DNA of 56,897 nucleotides, the filler included, from Circinaria calcarea (taxonomy: Eukaryota), in NCBI GenBank assembly GCA_051942165.1. It is 3 parts of 3 records of this genome, joined end to end, with 100 filler letters (N's around TTAATTAATTAA, not from the genome) between each part and the next. Parts side by side here need not be neighbours in the genome. Positions count along the whole stretch, not along the records: positions 38,057 to 56,897 come from JAVECS010000223.1; 2 more parts are not named here. The stretch is one strand, 5' to 3'. Made by a program: the position numbers and the translations under genes. Every line of letters starts with the position of its first letter. The first letter of the stretch is position 1. Positions 49,995-56,897 of this stretch are shown here, one piece after another. Under the pieces are notes generated by a model. The model ran no database searches, was not told the origin of the DNA, and saw only the letters and a program-made list of their open reading frames with translations.

Positions 49995-50520
49995 ATTTTT
50001 TTTTGTTTGAATGGATGGATGAATCGGGACCTGCCTATTCCATCCATCCAATCCAATCCATACGTGCCCGATGCCTGAATGAAAACCAACCAAAAACCCA
50101 TCCCCTTCCCCCCCTTTTCTTCCCCGGCGGCACCTTTTTTTTTCTTTTTTTTCCCTTTTCTTCTTCTGGGGTTCACAAAAAAGATTTATTCATGTCATTG
50201 CCATTCATGTCATTTATGCCATTACCATTCCGGGCGAGCGGAAGAAGGCGAAAGCGAAAACGAAAACGAAAACGAAAGAAGGAAGAAAAGTAAACATTCG
50301 CTAGGAATTAAGTTTAAAAAGAAAAAAAATCGTAGCTCCTTCCTTCCTTTCTTTCTTTGTCATTTATTTCTCCTTTCTTTCCCCTTTTTTCTCCTTTCTC
50401 GATAGATTACCCCTTTCACCTTTTACCTAAGCAGAGCAGAGCAGAGCAAAGAAAAAAATGGGAAGAGGGAGAGGGAGGGATATGGAGAATTAGTGGAACG
50501 GGGAACGGGAAGGGGAATTA
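49995..50520. repeat. Low-complexity convergent intergenic region with microsatellites
   Basis: Poly-T and poly-A runs, (CGAAAA)3, (GCAGA)3-4, (ATCC)n and (ATGG)n between the P450 and Cdc20-family 3' ends. Confidence 0.7.
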
Positions 50521-50700
50521 GTTTTCACTTTACACTAATCAATCAATAATCGAAAACGTCCATTGCCTGAACCCGTGCAAGAGGAACCCCTCGCCTTATA
50601 GTGAAATGCTCATAATTCACAGGCAACCAACCTAACCGTATCTCAATACTTCATGCTAAGAATAAAAGAGAGAGGGGGAAAGAAAAAGCAAGAGAAATCC

Positions 50701-53118
50701 TCATCGGATAACCTCCTTGCTTTCCTTTTCAATCCCCTCCATTCCCTCCAGGATATCGCTTCCACCCAGCAAGCCTGGTTTCCCCAGCCCCACCGATTTT
50801 CTCGCATCGCTCCACACCTCATGGAACTTGACCGATTCGTCCGACGACGCCACGACGATACACCCTTCCTCGGCCGTTCGGGACCACCACCGGCCGCCCT
50901 CGCCTCGGTGTCGACGGGTTTCGTTGGGTCCGCCGGGGTAAGAAATGGCGTAGAGGGCGCGCATCTCGTCCGCCCATGGAATGGCAACGACTTGCCTGCA
51001 GTCCGGCCACGAAAAGACGGCGATACGGTACGGATGCTCCGGCTGTGCATAACCGAACGTCGCGGCAATTTCTCGGCGAGTCGTTGACCAAATCAAGGAG
51101 GTAACTTGCGCCTGGACATTAATGGTGGCAAGGCAGGCTCCGGAAAATGCATGGTAAAAGTGAATAGCTCGGTCGTTGGAACCACCTCCCGTAGCCAAAA
51201 GACCACGTTGCCAAGGGCAGAAAGCTATGGCCTTGACTGCAGCACTGTGACACCATTTATGCTTCTGGCGGCCCTCACCGATCTGTAATAACATACCAGA
51301 TCCACCAGGAATATAGACGGGTCGTGGCGTACGGATCGCCCGCGGCGATGATGAGCCGAGAACCGGGAATTGCTCTTGTCGCCCAAGCAGACTTCCCAAC
51401 GTCTGGTGGGATGTCGCATTAGGTACAAATGTTGGTACCGTACCAAAGTTATTGATCAGGGCCTGAAGTGACCCTCCAGCCGGGATGTCTGTCGGTGGTG
51501 ATAGAATATCCCTGACCTCGAAAAGACAGCAAGCATTGTCATTACCGCCCGTAGCAAAGCATTCTCCATCAGGTGACCACGCAAGCCCGCAGATTTGCTG
51601 TGTATGGATTGTTATCTTTGCCATTAAATGCATGGTACCTTGCCATCGATGTTCGTCGACTTGATCCCCGTTCATCCATTCGATTGAATAGTAGTAGACG
51701 ACCCCAATCTCATCTCCAACAAGTAGCTCCTCAGTCGAGACCGTTACCCCAAGACGCTCTGACGGCCGCCGTGTGGTAACAGGTTTGAAAGCAAGACAAG
51801 CCACTCCATTAGGCTGTCGAGATTGGAAGCGATCACCTTCATCAAAGAGACTCCATAGTGAGATTTGACCATCATGACGACCTATAGCAAGTATACAGTG
51901 ACCGCCTTGCGTAGAGGAGAATGAGAGGGAGGTGACATGGTTGTTACGACGGTGGTCATCTGGTCGTGCATACTGCACGCCCTTCTCTTCTGACCAGAGA
52001 TAAACGCGATCGTTTAGGCCGACGGCTAGTGTTTGCCTCGTATGACAATATGCAAGAACCGAGCAATAGAAATCATCGCGAAGCTGTGGGGCGTCTAGAA
52101 CTCTAAACGGCGTGGATGGAACTGCCCTCGGAGCTATTTTCTTAACCTTACGTACTGTAAAGGTGATTAGTTAGGGATAAACGAGTTGTGATAATTTGGG
52201 CTTCTTACACGGCTCATCGTCGCTTGTCCAACGACCATCCTTCCATGCTGTTTTCGATTCGCGACGTAGATCACCTCGAGGCGACTGGGGAATGTTTAAC
52301 GTTCTGCAAGTCTGATCAACGTCCAAGGCAGCGGCTACTCTACCTTCGAATCGATCAAGGATTTGATCTTCGGTTTCCGACTCCAAGAATTGGGAAGAAA
52401 ACATTGGCGCATTAGTTCCACTACCGAGAAGACCTCCCCGACCATCTGGTACGGCAGCAATGGGCCCTGGATCGGGGGAAGTAGTACCTCCCACATTCCA
52501 TACTGCTCCTGTGCTCACTTGTCGGCTTTGGAGACCTAATCTTATATCACGATCTCCCCCAACAAGTCCTGGGCGGTTGGCATTTGGAAGGCTTGCATCA
52601 GCCTCGAGGGCAACTCTAGTAGCTCCAACTCGTCTCGTACTACGTGCACTGAAAGGATCTAGGCTTGGAGAGTTTTGTCGAAGTAGTCGCTCAGAGCTTG
52701 ATAGTTGGTCCGGGCTTTTGCTCAAGTGGAAACTTTTAGTAAGTGAGTCTGGAGAGCGACGTACTGGAATATAGCGATCCGGGGAAGCAGGTGGAGTAGG
52801 ACACGGCAACAGATTACTGAGACACCGGTGCTTCGGAGAGCGACCGCCACCTTGAATGGAACGCGTAGGAGACGTTGGTGGCGTGATAAGAGAAGGTTGA
52901 AGAGGAAATGGAAAAGCGTCAATCGCTTTGCTTGCCTTGGTATACGGCGTCGGTGTACCAAACTGATTGGGGTTTGGAGAAGGAAATACAGCTCCAGAGG
53001 GCTGTGTCAGGTCACAGATCTTGTGTTTTTGCGTGACATGGCCCAAAGAAGATGGTGGATGAGATGAAACAGTAGAGACAGAAGATTCTTCGGCGGATGC
53101 AGGCCGGAGATTTGGCAT
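50701..53118 (-). CDS. Cdc20/Fizzy-family WD40 APC/C activator, probably Ama1-like (meiosis-specific type); start uncertain
   Basis: C-box DRYIPVR; PFRVLDAPQLRDDFYCSVLAY after intron 52208-52155; HTQQICGLAWS, ATGGNDN, HSAAVKAIAFCPW, ATGGGSNDR; C-terminal IR tail (EVIR). Confidence 0.9.
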
Positions 53119-53448
53119 GATGCTACCAGACAATGAGTGTAGGCCTCGCAACTGTCGAGGATGAAAAGAACGGATGCTAGCAATGCTTTGCTCGCGGTAA
53201 GTCTATTGTCTACGATGAGTAGTAATGAACGTGCATTGTAAAGAGTATTTGATGAGGGAGAACTCTTTTGGTAAGTCGTGTTTACTTTGGAAACCACCAC
53301 GATTTAATCTAATCTTATCTTATCCGATTAGGCAAGCACTCAATTACCTTTATGGTCATGAGGCTGTTACCAACAATTCAGAGAGTATACGGTCATTTAT
53401 CACGATATCAATACTCTCATTCAGTGCTTGACTATTACTCTTTTGCAT

Positions 53449-54714
53449 ATGGCTTCTGTGAGCCTTTCAGTTTCTATATGCTTTGCCAGTAGACTAACCG
53501 TTTGCCATAGCATGGAGTACCCAGAGTTAGCGAAGTGCAGCCTAGAACGGAGCAAGCCAGACAGAAAGAAGCCAAAAAGATAGAAGACTACAAACATCTA
53601 GTGACTCTGGTGGAAAGTAAAGTATGCTAATCACGGATGTCTATCGATATTCAACTAAACGCATCAGAAGGTCCGTCAACGCCAGTATACTGTGGAGGTT
53701 CTTCACCTAACCTCAGATCTACTAACTCGAAATCCCGAATACTACACTATGTGGAATCACCGCCGCCGCATATTACAGCACCAGTTTACGCAGTCAAGTC
53801 CAGATCATCCTACGTTGACGGAACCTGACGGTAATAACCAACAGTCTAAATCGGACGAGATAGTGGAGGGTCTCATCACAGAAGACCTTCAATTCCTTGT
53901 ACCGCTATTACTTCGGTTTCCCAAATGCTATTGGATTTGGAATTACCGCCTTTGGCTCCTCCAGCAAACTTCTCGGATCCTCCCGGCCGCAAAGGCACGC
54001 CAATTCTGGACCGACGAACTGGGACTAATTGGGAAGATGTTAGCTCGGGATAGCAGGAACTTCCTCGGCTGGGGCTATCGGAGGACCGTCATTACAGAAT
54101 TGGAAAGCAAGGCATTGAACCCTGATACTAGTACTACGAGTCTAGTAAAGGAAGAGTTTGACTACACAACTAGAATGATCGAAACGAACATGTCGAATTT
54201 CTCAGCATGGCATAATAGAAGTAAATTAATTCCAAGATTACTCGACGAGTCAAAAGCAGATGATCAGGAGAGAAGAAGGATGCTGGATAAAGGTAGGCTG
54301 CATGATCTTGACAGCCCTCCCCGGACTAGCTGATCGGTTGGAGAACTCTCTTGGATCCAAGAAGCGCTTTACGTCGACCCCTACGACCAGTCCCTATGGT
54401 TCTACCACCAGTACCTTATGTGTACCTTTGATCCGCAACTGTCGTCCAATACTATGGCTCCGAATTTGACCTACGAAGAAAGGCTCGAGTACATTAGCAC
54501 CGAGATCGACAAGGTCGTGGAGATGCTTGAGGGAGCAGAGAAGTGCAAGTGGATATTCCAATCGTTGATCCAGCTCTGTTTGACTTATAAAGCTATTGCC
54601 AGCCATTGGCCGCTGCAAGCAAAGGAATTGAGAAACTGGATGATAGAGCTAGAGAAACTGGATCCTTTGAGAAAAGGTAGATGGACCGATGTCGTGAGAA
54701 CTCTACAGATCTAG
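53449..54714 (+). CDS. BET4: Geranylgeranyltransferase type II (Rab GGTase) alpha subunit; 4 exons
   Basis: MAS|HGVPR start; PFTA repeats NPEYYTMWNHRR, PKCYWIWNYR, DSRNFLGWGYRR, NMSNFSAWHNR, DPYDQSLWFYH; ends LDPLRKGRW. Confidence 0.93.
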
Positions 54715-55656
54715 TTCTTGAGGCTGAAATGAAATACTGAAGTTTGGACAAAGCCGCAAATACTATTAGTGGCCACCTCCAACAGCTTGTTCAGTCCATC
54801 AGTCTCGCAGCTATTTGACAGGCTCTGAAGTCGACGTTTGAATGAAAAACAAATCCAGCAGCTTGATACTCAACACTAAGGATCATATACACTGATAGCC
54901 TTCCGACCTGTTGCATCTGGCCCTCGGGTGCTTCGCTATCTAGCTGTGCTGGAACACTCGTACTCAGAGATCTGGTGTCTTGCAATGGACATTGATAACC
55001 TCAGTGTGCAGTTCAGCAACGAAAAAACTTTGTGTCTCACGACCTGAAATCCGGGTCCGCGTTCAATGATCTGGGAATGTCCAAGGACTAAAAGAACAGG
55101 AGTGTCTCAATTGTGAGGAGCCCCGACGCAGTCTTAGATTGCTGCTAATTGGGAGCTGTTGATTCAGGTGGAGTTGTGATCCGAGCTATCGACTCAAGGA
55201 TTGCTGTGTCAGAGAGTGCACGGATGAAGAGACCCCTTAGAATAAAGCTTCGCTATCGAGTGGATTGTCACTTGAGTATCTGCCGTTAAATTATAGAAAA
55301 CAATCGAAATCATCCTACTCCATGACGAATGTGAAAAGACAGAGCGGATACAAACATATAGGAATGCATCCAAGCGGTTCTCTCTTTCAGACTATAGGTC
55401 AAGCGCCGTCAGCACCGATAAATCTTCAGAAGAGAAATAGTATTCCACGTGGATGAGACTTAGAGCACATACCGTAGACGCATCTCTTCACAGCCCTACA
55501 ATTGTACTGGGTTAGCGCCTCGCCTAAGTCCCACACAATTGCACGCGAACCTCGAAATAGCTTCAAACCAGCACGACCACACTCACTAATTCTAGCACCA
55601 CACATTACGAACGACCACCTCAGCACCCTCATCTTGACGTCCCATCACCCGTCAAG

Positions 55657-56527
55657 ATGAAGCTGAACATATCTTACCCCGCCAACGGCTCGCAAAAGCT
55701 CATCGAAATCGAAGATGAGCGCAAACTCCGCATCTTCATGGAACGCCGCATGGGCGCCGAAGTCCCCGGTGACAGCGTCGGCGACGAATTCAAAGGCTAC
55801 GTTTTCCGCATTACCGGCGGTAACGACAAGCAAGGCTTCCCAATGAAGCAGGGAGTCATGCACCCGACCCGTGTCCGATTACTCCTTGCCGAAGGCCACA
55901 GCTGCTACCGCCCACGACGTACGGGAGAGAGGAAGAGGAAGAGTGTGCGTGGGTGCATCGTGGCCATGGACCTCAGCGTGCTGGCATTGGCGATTGTGAA
56001 GAAAGGGGAAGGGGACATTCCTGGCTTGACGGATCGGGTTGAGCCCAAGAGATTAGGACCCAAGAGAGCGACAAAGATCAGGCGGTTCTTTGGACTGAGC
56101 AAGGACGATGATGTACGTTCTTTCTAACAGCTCACGTAGATTTTTCATTTCTAAAACGCATGAAAATACTGATCTATTGGCAACCAACAGCTCCGTAAAT
56201 ACGTCATCGGCCGCGAAGTGCAACCCAAAGGCGACAAGAAACCCTACAAGAAAACGCCCAAGATCCAGCGCCTCGTTACCCCCCAGCGTCTTCAGCACAA
56301 GCGTCATCGTATCGCCCTCAAGCGTAGACAGGCCGAGCGTGTCAAAGATGCGGCTGTAAGCGTCATTGCTGAATACCCTCTACTCCCGCAAAATCCCATT
56401 TATGATGTTTTGCTGATATGTCGTGTTACAGACCGAATACGCCTCCATCCTCTCCAAGCGTGTCAACGAAGAGAAATCCAAGCGAAGCGAACTGCGTAAG
56501 AGGAGGGCCAGTTCGATGAAGAAATAG
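55657..56527 (+). CDS. RPS6: 40S ribosomal protein S6 (eS6); 3 exons
   Basis: [17 protein letters not shown]...[13 protein letters not shown]...PKIQRLVTP...[13 protein letters not shown]; introns ~56113-56190 and ~56356-56431. Confidence 0.98.
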
Positions 56528-56897
56528 GTGTGCGGACAACGGAGGGAATGCGGTGGGAAAAGATAAGGTCTAGAGAAGACACAGGGTGTTTCGAGATAGA
56601 AAGGCTAGCTCTTGCCGTGTTGCACTGTCTATCTGCAAACGTCGGTCCGAAATACTGGCAAATGCAAGCATCTGGCAGCACCCAGCTAGCCTGCGAGAAG
56701 GGGGAAAACCCATCTTGTACCATGAGCCTTTGACAGAAAAAACCAAATTTCTTCAGCAAGACTTTGATCGTCAATGATCATGAATTACCATGCCAGGCTT
56801 TCGGGTTGATCTATCATATCCTCTTCTATTGAAGCATTGCTCTCTCATTCCAAAACTCGTCAAATCATGCCAACAAACCCTACTCTCATCTTTGCCC

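Overview
Eukaryotic DNA from a filamentous ascomycete (Pezizomycotina): genes have short GT-AG introns and fungal-type proteins. The window is three sequence blocks (1-19004, 19105-37956, 38057-56897) joined by identical artificial 100-nt spacers (44 N + TTAATTAATTAA + 44 N), so adjacency across these joins is unproven. Block 1 starts with BCP1/GUA1 and continues into an accessory region. That region holds a head-to-head pair of a spliced Zn(II)2Cys6-ankyrin protein and a SesB-like hydrolase-NACHT-ankyrin fungal NLR, a small membrane protein, a DUF829/PaxU-like gene, several decayed ORFs, a possible LTR and a truncated SDR. Block 2 holds the divergent housekeeping FAS2/FAS1 pair, a divergent pair of a basic protein and an FHA-kinase, and a Ctr copper-transporter pseudogene that the ORF track does not show. 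Block 3 holds a hypothetical gene, a divergent TTC36/HmgX-like + hppD pair, a TBC Rab-GAP, a cytochrome P450, an Ama1/Cdc20-family APC/C activator, BET4 and RPS6. The best candidate for an undescribed system is the Zn-cluster-ANK / SesB-NACHT-ANK pair, a possible NLR coupled to a transcription factor. All exon models and family calls were made by eye, without database searches.
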